A stretch of DNA of 64,000 nt from Bryobacteraceae bacterium (lineage in GTDB: Bacteria > Acidobacteriota > Terriglobia > Bryobacterales > Bryobacteraceae), in contig JBDSXJ010000016.1 in NCBI GenBank assembly GCA_039926185.1, positions 14,786-78,785 on the forward strand, written 5' to 3'. Of the stretch, positions 27,435 through 37,784 are shown piece by piece (position 1 is the stretch's first letter; the number at the start of each line of letters is the position of its first letter). Below the pieces are notes generated by a model that was given only the letters and a program-made list of their open reading frames with translations, had not been told where the DNA came from and did no database searches. A program made the position numbers and the translations under genes.

Positions 27435-29204
27435 TTACTTGGCCTTGCCAGCGGTCGCGGGCGGAGCGAGCGGAGGCATCGGAGCCTTGCCATCCAGCGT
27501 GAACGTGAACACTCGCGTGTCTCGGCCTGTGCGGGCAATCACTGATACGTATTGCTTGCCGTCGAGCATGTAGCTGATCGGAGTGACCGACCGATCCGCC
27601 ATGTCCGATTCCCAGAGCTTTTGGCCGGTAGTGGCGTCGTACGCTGCGTGGCCGTGGAAGACCAAATTGCCACCGGTCACGAGCGTGCCGCCGCCGGTGT
27701 AGCCTCCCACATCGGGGGCCGTGACGCGCCAGCGTTCCTTTTGCGTGATGGGGTCCCAGGCCAGCAGGAATCCATCGGTGGTGAGTTGCGGCTGATTCTC
27801 CGCGCCTTCGGGTTCGGGTGCGGTACCGCCAGCGGCTCCACCGCGTTTATTCGCGGTGTTGTTGGCGTTGGGTGTGTACTGATAGGTTGGATCCGGTTCA
27901 TAGCTCGACTTACGTTCCTGGCCGGGAATGTAGACGAGCTTCGTTAGCGGACTGTACGACATCGGTTGCCAGTTGTGACCACCGTAGACTCCCGGGTAGG
28001 TCATGACGGCGGAGTCAATCCAGCGTGCGCCTTTTGCTTCGATGGGGCGGCCTTTTTTGTCGAGGCCGGTGGCCCAGGTCATGCGCTTGACGTATTTCTC
28101 ACCCGAGATGAATTCGCCGGTGATGCGGTCGAGCACGTAGAAGAAACCATTCTTCGGAGCATGGACCAGCACCTTGCGATCTTTGCCGCCAATGCGAAGG
28201 TCCGCCAGGATCAGGTTTTGAACGGCGGTGAAATCCCAAGTCTCGCCGGGTGTTTCCTGGAAATACCAGACCATCTTGCCGGTGTCCGGCTTAACCGCGA
28301 TGATCGAACTTAAGAAGAGGTTGTCGCCACCTTCCGGGCTGCGAACGGCCGCGCTCCACGGGCCGCCGTTGCCGGTGCCGACGTACAGGATATCGGCGCT
28401 TTCGTCGTAGGCCATGCCGTCCCAGACGGTGCCACCGCCGCCACCCTTCTCCCACCACTTACCGGTCCAGGTCTTCGCTGCCATTTCCATCTCTGGAGTT
28501 TCGAAACCCTTGGACGGATCGCCGGGTACGGTGTAAAAGCGCCACACTTGTTTGCCGGTAGCGGCATCGTACGCCGCGAAGAACCCGCGCGCCGCGTTAT
28601 CGGCTCCGCTCGATCCTACGATCACTTTGCCCTTCACGATTCGAACAGCCGAAGTGAGCAAGGTGTCTGCTTTCTCCGTCACCTTGGTGCGCCATACCTG
28701 CTTGCCGGTCTCCTGGTCCAGGGCGACCAGCGTGCCGTCGAGCATTCCCTGATAGATTCGGCCGTTGTAGATTGCGACGCCTCGATTGGAAGGAGTACAG
28801 CAGATGCCGGTCATGACGGAGCGCGGAATTTCCGGGTCCCAGCGCCACTTGAATTGGCCCGTGCGCCCGTCGACGGCGTAGACCACGTTCCAGCCCAAGC
28901 TGCCGTACATCACTCCGTTCGATACCAGCATGGCGGCTTCGACGTTGGAACCAGCGGGTGCCTGGACCTCCCAGCTCCAAGCGAGGCCGAGACGCTTCAC
29001 ATTCGTGGAGTCGATCTGCTTCAGAGGGCTGAAATGCGTCTCGGCGTAGTCGTGGCCGTTGGTAATCCATTCTTCGGCATTCTTTGCCGCAGAGCGAAGC
29101 GCGTTGTTATCAACCTTCTTTGCTTGCTGCGCGCTGGTGATCCAGGCGGTGAAGGCTCCCACGGCAAGCAGGGCGCCTGTGCGAACCAAAACTTGAGCTT
29201 TCAT
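27435..29204 (-). CDS. PQQ-dependent dehydrogenase, methanol/ethanol family (quinoprotein)
   Basis: 589 aa with a signal peptide, WITNGHDYAETHFSPLKQI, vicinal Cys-Cys (GICCTPSNRG), and WDFTA after the catalytic Asp. Confidence 0.85.
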   Translation of the reverse strand: MKAQVLVRTGALLAVGAFTAWITSAQQAKKVDNNALRSAAKNAEEWITNGHDYAETHFSPLKQIDSTNVKRLGLAWSWEVQAPAGSNVEAAMLVSNGVMYGSLGWNVVYAVDGRTGQFKWRWDPEIPRSVMTGICCTPSNRGVAIYNGRIYQGMLDGTLVALDQETGKQVWRTKVTEKADTLLTSAVRIVKGKVIVGSSGADNAARGFFAAYDAATGKQVWRFYTVPGDPSKGFETPEMEMAAKTWTGKWWEKGGGGGTVWDGMAYDESADILYVGTGNGGPWSAAVRSPEGGDNLFLSSIIAVKPDTGKMVWYFQETPGETWDFTAVQNLILADLRIGGKDRKVLVHAPKNGFFYVLDRITGEFISGEKYVKRMTWATGLDKKGRPIEAKGARWIDSAVMTYPGVYGGHNWQPMSYSPLTKLVYIPGQERKSSYEPDPTYQYTPNANNTANKRGGAAGGTAPEPEGAENQPQLTTDGFLLAWDPITQKERWRVTAPDVGGYTGGGTLVTGGNLVFHGHAAYDATTGQKLWESDMADRSVTPISYMLDGKQYVSVIARTGRDTRVFTFTLDGKAPMPPLAPPATAGKAK

Positions 29205-29314
29205 ACGTTGTGCTTAGGTTACAGCATCTGACAGATTCCATTTTTTGTACCGCAGATCTTCCAGAAGTCGGATGGGTTGTTATACTCGGAATAGGGTACC
29301 GGGGCCCTACATAT

Positions 29315-30292
29315 ATGATGCGATTTGCCGCGGTGTTTGCGCTGGCTTTATTGATCATCTTTCCGCCACTTGGCGCGCAGGACGCGTCGATTGTGCCGCG
29401 CCCGAAGCCTCCAGTGGGGGACAACGCAAATTCGATCCTGGACCGTCGTGCGGATTTGCGGATCGACACTACAGAAGTCCGGATTCCTGTATCGGTCACG
29501 CATCAGCAATCGGGCAAGGTCGTAACCGGGCTTGAGGTCACCAACTTCGAGTTGCTGGAGGACAAGGTCAAGCAGGAGATTCTCTCGTTCACGGCGGAGG
29601 ATGCGGCTGTTTCTGTGGGTGTGGTGTTTGATGCCAGCGGAAGCATGGGGTCGAAATTATCGAAGTCGCGGCAGGCGGTGGCGGAATTCGTTCGCACTGC
29701 CAATCCGGAAGACGAATTTTTCCTGGTGCAGTTCAACGATCGGCCGGCGCTGACGGTGCCGTTCACCGCCGAGACGGAAGACATTTTGAACCGATTGGCG
29801 TTCGTGCAGTCCAAGGGCGCAACTGCTTTGCTCGACGGCGTTTACATGGCGATGAACCAAATGAAGAAAGCCCGTAACGCCCGCAAGGCGATTCTGATCA
29901 TCTCTGATGGAGGGGATAATTCCAGCCGATACACGGAATCAGAAGTGAAGAACGCCGTCAGGGAAGCGGACGTTCAGATTTACGCGATTGGAATTTTCGA
30001 GCCCAACGGGATGGGCAATACGACGGAAGAGCGGATGGGGCCGGGCCTGCTTGGGGAACTGACGGAACAGACAGGCGGGCGGCATTTCGCGATTCAGAAT
30101 CTGGGCGAGTTGCCGGACGTGGCGCGGAAGATCGGCGTGGAATTACGCAACGAATATGTGCTTGGGTACCGTCCAAAGAATGATGCCCGGGACGGAAAAT
30201 ATCGTAAGGTGGAAGTGAAATTGGTCAAAGTAGACAAACTCCCGCGTTTGAAGAGCCGGGCTAGGGGGGGATACTATGCGCCGGGTCAATAA
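29315..30292 (+). CDS. Secreted VWA domain protein (acidobacterial VWFA-related family, TIGR03436-like)
   Basis: ATG-ATG at 29315, signal peptide MMRFAAVFALALLIIFPPLGAQ, intact MIDAS VFDASGSM. C-terminal Y(R/K)KVEVK...GYYA. Confidence 0.8.
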   Translation: MMRFAAVFALALLIIFPPLGAQDASIVPRPKPPVGDNANSILDRRADLRIDTTEVRIPVSVTHQQSGKVVTGLEVTNFELLEDKVKQEILSFTAEDAAVSVGVVFDASGSMGSKLSKSRQAVAEFVRTANPEDEFFLVQFNDRPALTVPFTAETEDILNRLAFVQSKGATALLDGVYMAMNQMKKARNARKAILIISDGGDNSSRYTESEVKNAVREADVQIYAIGIFEPNGMGNTTEERMGPGLLGELTEQTGGRHFAIQNLGELPDVARKIGVELRNEYVLGYRPKNDARDGKYRKVEVKLVKVDKLPRLKSRARGGYYAPGQ

Positions 30293-31277
30293 ATGGTTGC
30301 TGATCGGTCTGACTGCCGGGATCGTGAGCGCACAGATTCTGCCACCGCCGCCACCGGAAGTGGAACCGCCGGATACAACCCCGACGTTCACCGCAGATAC
30401 AAAGGAAGTCACGTTGTATGTCAGCGTGTTGGATAAAGATGGGCGGATGATTCCGGACATCGCGCGGACGAATTTTCGGGTCACCGAGAACAACATCGAG
30501 CAGGAATTGAAGCTGTTCAAACGCGAAGACGTCCCGGTTTCGTTGTGTGTGCTGATCGACAGCAGCGGGTCCATGAAGGATAAGTATCAACGAGTGATTG
30601 CCGCGGCGATTGCGTTGATCCGGGCATCGAACAAAGACGACGAAGTTTGTTTTGTGAACTTCAACGATCTTTATTACAAGGATCAGGGTTTTACCGGCGA
30701 CATCAAGAAGCTGGAAGAGGCCATGGAGCGGATCGATAATCATGGCGGGACGGCCATGCGCGATGCGTTGAGCGCGACGATCGATTACGTCAAGGCCGAG
30801 GGCAAGCACGATAAGAAGGTCATCGTGATGGTGACGGACGGCAACGATAATTCCAGCTCGAAAGTAACGCTGGAAGATTTGCTCAAGACGGTGCGGGACA
30901 CCGAGGTGCTGGTGTACTCGATCGGTTTGTTGAGCGAAGAAGAGCGCGGCGAGGCCCGGAAGGCGAAGCGGGCTCTGGATAATATCGCTGAGGTCTCAGG
31001 CGGTTTTGCCTACTACCCGAAGGATCTGGCGGAAGTGGAAGACATCACTCCGAAGATCGCGCATGAGATTCGTAACCAATACATCCTGGCGTACACGCCT
31101 CTGGGCACGATGGACGGCTCGTATCGCCGCCTGAAGGTGGAAGTGAAGGGTGTGCGGAACGCTACAGTTCGGCATCGGGCTGGGTATTACGCGGGGACGC
31201 CGGCGAAGACGACGGTATTGCCTGTGCCGACGCCTGCCAAGCCTGTCGCGGCCGCGAAGCCTGCTCCGAAGCAATAA
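30276..31277 (+). CDS. Secreted VWA domain protein (TIGR03436-like), paralogue of the previous gene
   Basis: Signal peptide MRRVNKWLLIGLTAGIVSAQ, MIDAS LIDSSGSM. 17-nt overlap with the upstream gene. Confidence 0.8.
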   Translation: MRRVNKWLLIGLTAGIVSAQILPPPPPEVEPPDTTPTFTADTKEVTLYVSVLDKDGRMIPDIARTNFRVTENNIEQELKLFKREDVPVSLCVLIDSSGSMKDKYQRVIAAAIALIRASNKDDEVCFVNFNDLYYKDQGFTGDIKKLEEAMERIDNHGGTAMRDALSATIDYVKAEGKHDKKVIVMVTDGNDNSSSKVTLEDLLKTVRDTEVLVYSIGLLSEEERGEARKAKRALDNIAEVSGGFAYYPKDLAEVEDITPKIAHEIRNQYILAYTPLGTMDGSYRRLKVEVKGVRNATVRHRAGYYAGTPAKTTVLPVPTPAKPVAAAKPAPKQ

Positions 31278-31480
31278 TGATTGGGTTCTTGTGGCGGTCG
31301 GTTGCGGGGTATCGGTTGCAGCCTTGGAATAGTCCCTATCTGCGGTGGCGGATTGAGACGTATTGGGGTCTGAAGGCTGAGGAGATCACGCCGGCGGAAT
31401 TTCGCTCGTTTGTGTGGGAGCATCGGGGGGAACTGATGCGGTTCATGCAGTGGGCTCGGCGGATGGACCACGTTCGGTGA
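31277..31480 (+). CDS. Hypothetical Trp/Arg-rich small protein (67 aa)
   Basis: The ATG overlaps the stop of the VWA gene (TAATG), and its stop is 2 nt before the DinB ATG. Third codon positions are G/C-rich. No family recognised. Confidence 0.5.
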   Translation: MIGFLWRSVAGYRLQPWNSPYLRWRIETYWGLKAEEITPAEFRSFVWEHRGELMRFMQWARRMDHVR

Positions 31481-31482
31481 CT

Positions 31483-31998
31483 ATGACGGTGGAATCGGAA
31501 TTTCTGGGGTACTCGATTACCAAGCTGCGGCAGGAGAGTGCGTACATCGAAGCCTGCCTGAAGAGACTCACGACAGAGCAGGTTTGGATGCGCGGCGGGG
31601 AATCACAGAATGCTATTGGGAATTTGCTGCTGCATCTGACGGGGAATGTTCGGCAGTGGATTCTGGCGGGCGTTGGCGGCGTCGAGATTCAGCGGGATCG
31701 GGATGGGGAGTTTGCGGCTCGGGGCGGGATGGGTCCGGGGGAATTGACCGCGGATCTGCAGGTGGCCGTCGAAGGCGCGGTGCGGATCATTCAAGCGCTG
31801 CCGGCGGGGCGGTTGGTGGAGCGCGTGAATATTCAGGGGCACGAGGTGAGTGTGCTGGAAGCGATTTACCACGTGGTGGAACACTTCTCGGGGCATACGG
31901 GACAGGTTATTTTGTTGACGAAGAGCTTTACGGATTCGGATATGGGGTTCTATGGGTATCTGAACAGTCCGGGGGGCGCGGCGGGTCGGAAACCGTAG
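31483..31998 (+). CDS. DinB-family (DUF1572-like) four-helix-bundle protein
   Basis: ATG 31483 (MTVESEFLGY). His triad context LLLHLTGNVRQW and HVVEHFSGHTGQ. Confidence 0.75.
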   Translation: MTVESEFLGYSITKLRQESAYIEACLKRLTTEQVWMRGGESQNAIGNLLLHLTGNVRQWILAGVGGVEIQRDRDGEFAARGGMGPGELTADLQVAVEGAVRIIQALPAGRLVERVNIQGHEVSVLEAIYHVVEHFSGHTGQVILLTKSFTDSDMGFYGYLNSPGGAAGRKP

Positions 31999-32191
31999 TA
32001 ACCCCGCGCTACCCTCCAATCAACCAGTAGTGTGTTGGTCTTGCACAGTACCTGCTGGCCAAAGCCGCGAGGTTCTAGGAAAACTCGCGAGGATGCCCGG
32101 CTGGTGGACGTCGATAACGCCCATTCAAAACAGAGGGCTCTCTGAAAGAAACTTTGCGATGCTTTGCGCCTTTGCGTGAGATCATCCCAAT

Positions 32192-34657
<2,466 letters not shown>

Positions 34658-34658
<1 letters not shown>

Positions 34659-35464
34659 TGAAAATCACCGACAAAGTTTCCATCGGCGGTGGTGCGCCCC
34701 TCGCGCTCATCGCCGGACCCTGCGTCATCGAAAGCGAACAGCACGTCCAGTTTCTAGCGACCGCTGTCGCAGAAATCGCCGCGCGTCTGAAAATGCCTTA
34801 TGTGTTCAAGGCGTCGTTCGATAAAGCAAACCGCTCCAGTGTCACATCCTACCGCGGCCCCGGTCTCACCGAAGGCCTGCGCATTCTCAAGACCGTCCGC
34901 GATCTGGGCATCCCCGTCCTCACCGACATTCACGAACCCGCACAAGCGGAGCCAGTGGCCGAGGCCGTGGACATCCTACAGATCCCAGCGTTCCTTTGCC
35001 GCCAGACCGACATCCTCACCGCCGCAGGCCGCACCGGCAAAGTCGTGAACGTGAAAAAGGGCCAGTTCGTCTCCCCGCACGACATTCGTCTAGCTACCGA
35101 AAAAGTCGCCTCGACCGGCAACAAAAACATCATCCTAACCGAACGCGGTTCCAGCTTCGGTTACAACAACCTCGTAGTCGACATGCGCGGTCTCCCCATC
35201 ATGCGCGGCTTCGGCTACCCGGTGGTCTTCGACGCCACACACAGCGTCCAACTCCCTGGCGCCTCCGGGACATCCTCGGGGGGGCAGCCGGAATTCATCG
35301 AACCCCTGGCCAGTGCAGCCATCGCGGTCGGCGTCGATGCCGTGTTTCTGGAAGTCCACGAAGAGCCTTCCCGCGCACTCTCCGATGGTACGAACGCTCT
35401 TCGCCTAGACAAGCTCGAGGCCCTACTCAAAAAACTCCAACGCATCGCTGCAGCGGTAAAGTAG
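34658..35464 (+). CDS. kdsA: 3-deoxy-8-phosphooctulonate synthase (KDO-8-P synthase)
   Basis: GTG 34658 overlaps the pyrG TAG. Sequence VKITDKVSIGGGAPLALIAGPCVIES...KASFDKANRSS...DATHSVQLPG. The long N-terminal extension of track ORF 34289 is antiphase pyrG sequence. Confidence 0.88.
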
Positions 35465-35468
35465 AAGC

Positions 35469-35696
35469 ATGAGGGAACTGCTCCCACTGACACCCGAGCA
35501 ATTTGAGCGGGCTCGTCTGCGCCTCATGAACCCCAAACCCGGCAGCCGCATCGCCGCCGCTCGCGACTACGGCGTGGACTTGACTCTCCTGATGGAGGGC
35601 TTGCGCAAGACACCGGAGCAGCGCGCAGACGATGCAGAGTCCGTCCGCGAGACTCTATCCGCGACCTTGGGCATCGCTCGGAAGCAATCTAAATGA
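35469..35696 (+). CDS. Hypothetical small protein (75 aa), possible partner of the downstream nucleotidyltransferase
   Basis: Starts 4 nt after the kdsA stop, and its stop overlaps the next ATG (ATGA). No His residues, so it is not a HEPN partner. Confidence 0.45.
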   Translation: MRELLPLTPEQFERARLRLMNPKPGSRIAAARDYGVDLTLLMEGLRKTPEQRADDAESVRETLSATLGIARKQSK

Positions 35697-36175
35697 AACT
35701 ATTCGCGAGCGCGGTGCGGGCAATGTGCGATGCGAATGTGGACTTCGTAGTGATCGGCGGTCTCGCTGCCAACCTCCTGGGAAGTCGACGAACTACCTAC
35801 GACGTTGATTTCTGTTTTGCGCGAAACCGAGACAACCTGCACAGGCTCGCGATGGCACTAGCGCCGCTCCATCCCCGGCTTCGTGGACTGCCCCCTGAAC
35901 TCCCCTTCATTTGGGACGACAGAGCCCTTTCGAATGGTACGGTGTTCACTCTCCAAACAGACTTGGGGGATATCGACCTGCTTGCCGAGGTTGCCGGGCT
36001 TGGCACGTTCGATGACGTAAAGGCCAGATCCATTGCTGTAACCGTTTTCGATCGAACATTCTTGACACTTGATCTCCCGGCCCTGATCGCCGCGAAGAAG
36101 GCCGCAGGTCGTCCGAAGGACTTGGAAGCCCTGCTCGAACTGGAGAGCCTGCTCGAAGCACAGGAGCCGGACTAG
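35693..36175 (+). CDS. Minimal nucleotidyltransferase-fold protein (Pol-beta superfamily, DUF6036-like)
   Basis: 160 aa. The G-G-x(n)-D-x-D signature is in VVIGGLAANLLGSRRTTYDVDF. C-terminal KKAAGRPKDLEALLELE. Confidence 0.55.
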   Translation: MKLFASAVRAMCDANVDFVVIGGLAANLLGSRRTTYDVDFCFARNRDNLHRLAMALAPLHPRLRGLPPELPFIWDDRALSNGTVFTLQTDLGDIDLLAEVAGLGTFDDVKARSIAVTVFDRTFLTLDLPALIAAKKAAGRPKDLEALLELESLLEAQEPD

Positions 36176-36251
36176 TGTGGAACTCCTGTCGCGCATGCTC
36201 CACCACCGCGACCCGCGCGCGGGACAACACGCCTAATTCAGCGGGCATCTT

Positions 36252-37778
36252 TCACTCGGAGGCCGTCAGCGGAATTCGCACGGAACCGGCTTTGCCCGTC
36301 GCTTGATCCATCACCACCAGATGCAGATTCCGCGCCAGCAGCTTACCTTTGTCATTGGTTACTCGCACCTGATTGATCACCACGAGTCCGCTTTGCATCG
36401 CGGCGAGAAGGCGCTCTTCGGTCAGGTTGACCTTGATCACCTGATGTAAGCCTTTCGGTTTGGTCTCAGTATCCGGGGCAATTGCGACTTCGAACCTTCC
36501 GATGTAGAGGCCGTTCTTCTGCTCCAACTTCAACGCGAAGACATCCACCGCCACTTCAACATCGTAATACCCGGGCTTGCTGATCGCGGGCGCGGCAGCG
36601 GCTTGAATGGGAATTTCCGTGGCATTGAGCGGCTGCTGCACCCATGCGTTGAGTGTCCCTTTGCGAATGGAATCGGTCAACGGCTTGCTGGCTTCAGCCG
36701 TGTAACTCTGACGATAGTGGACTTCGACACCGCGGCGGTTCACTTTGACCGAAATGGAATGCTCACTCCCATTGCGGCTCTGGTCTATGGGATAGAAGCC
36801 GAGCGTATACGTCAGGTCGGTATCGGAGACCGCCTGTTCGATACCTCCGGCTACCGCATTGTCGTTAAACAGCGCCTTACCACCGGTCCTCTCGGCGAAG
36901 CGAAGCATTGTGGTCAGATTCGGGTCCGCGAGACATAGTTTGGGGGGAAGACAAACCGTGCCTCCACGGGGATCGATGGGATAAATCGCAATATTGGCGT
37001 CATTGAGGAGCTTGATAGGCGCGAGAATTTGTTCGCTGTTGTTGGTGAATTCGCGCATCACAACACCATTGCGTGTGTTTTGCTGTGTGAACGTGAGAGG
37101 CAAAGCCGAACCGACCCAGATCAGCTTCTTTCGTCCCGGCAAACCTTTCAGGTGATACGCGAGCAAGTTGAACGCCGACGTGCTATCGGCCTGGCCTTGG
37201 AAATTCGCCTTCCGCGCGGCGTTGGCGGCATTGCCGTCTAGTCCTGCTAGCAGACCATCCTCGCCATCCTGCAAGTTCTTAGACTGCGACGCCGAATAGC
37301 GACGGATGGCCGCCCGCAATACAACGTGATCATCCGTGAAGTCCTGCAGCACTTCCAAGGTTGCCCCGAGGGCATAAACCGCAAGCAGTTCATGGCGGGA
37401 GGTTTCCTCTAGATACTTTAGAGTTTGCTCGCGTGCGAAAACTTGGTCTTGGATTTCCGTGTTCGTCGCATCCATCAGGATCACGGTGGCGGATACCGGT
37501 TCGGCCCCGCGAGATTGCGGGTGGTTGGTCACCACTCCTTTGGGCAGCGGCACAACTTGCGGCGGAGGCGTATTCACATCGCGAACACTGAATACCGCGA
37601 TCTGCTGCGGCTTGCCGTTGTCGCGGACCTCGAAGTCGTCCTTAGTGAGACCCTCCACCGGAGCGTCTTTGGATTTCACCACAACATCAACCTGAACGAG
37701 GCGAGTGCTCGTCCGGAAAACGGGGGCGTCTTGCGCAACGGCAATGGTGCAGATCAGCAGCAGGCAGACGCTCTTCAT
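36252..37778 (-). CDS. Secreted VWA-related acidobacterial protein (508 aa, TIGR03436-like N-terminal region plus long C-terminal extension)
   Basis: Signal peptide MKSVCLLLICTIAVAQ, FRTSTRLVQVDVVVK, and MIDAS position reading MDATNT (non-canonical). Confidence 0.75.
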   Translation of the reverse strand: MKSVCLLLICTIAVAQDAPVFRTSTRLVQVDVVVKSKDAPVEGLTKDDFEVRDNGKPQQIAVFSVRDVNTPPPQVVPLPKGVVTNHPQSRGAEPVSATVILMDATNTEIQDQVFAREQTLKYLEETSRHELLAVYALGATLEVLQDFTDDHVVLRAAIRRYSASQSKNLQDGEDGLLAGLDGNAANAARKANFQGQADSTSAFNLLAYHLKGLPGRKKLIWVGSALPLTFTQQNTRNGVVMREFTNNSEQILAPIKLLNDANIAIYPIDPRGGTVCLPPKLCLADPNLTTMLRFAERTGGKALFNDNAVAGGIEQAVSDTDLTYTLGFYPIDQSRNGSEHSISVKVNRRGVEVHYRQSYTAEASKPLTDSIRKGTLNAWVQQPLNATEIPIQAAAAPAISKPGYYDVEVAVDVFALKLEQKNGLYIGRFEVAIAPDTETKPKGLHQVIKVNLTEERLLAAMQSGLVVINQVRVTNDKGKLLARNLHLVVMDQATGKAGSVRIPLTASE

Positions 37779-37784
37779 CTCGGA

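Noticed and set aside
32005-32109. 34-codon minus-strand mini-ORF (MGVIDVHQPGILAS...) in the DinB/kdsB gap.
   Set aside because: It has no recognisable homology, no ribosome-binding site and no partner gene. It is probably chance.
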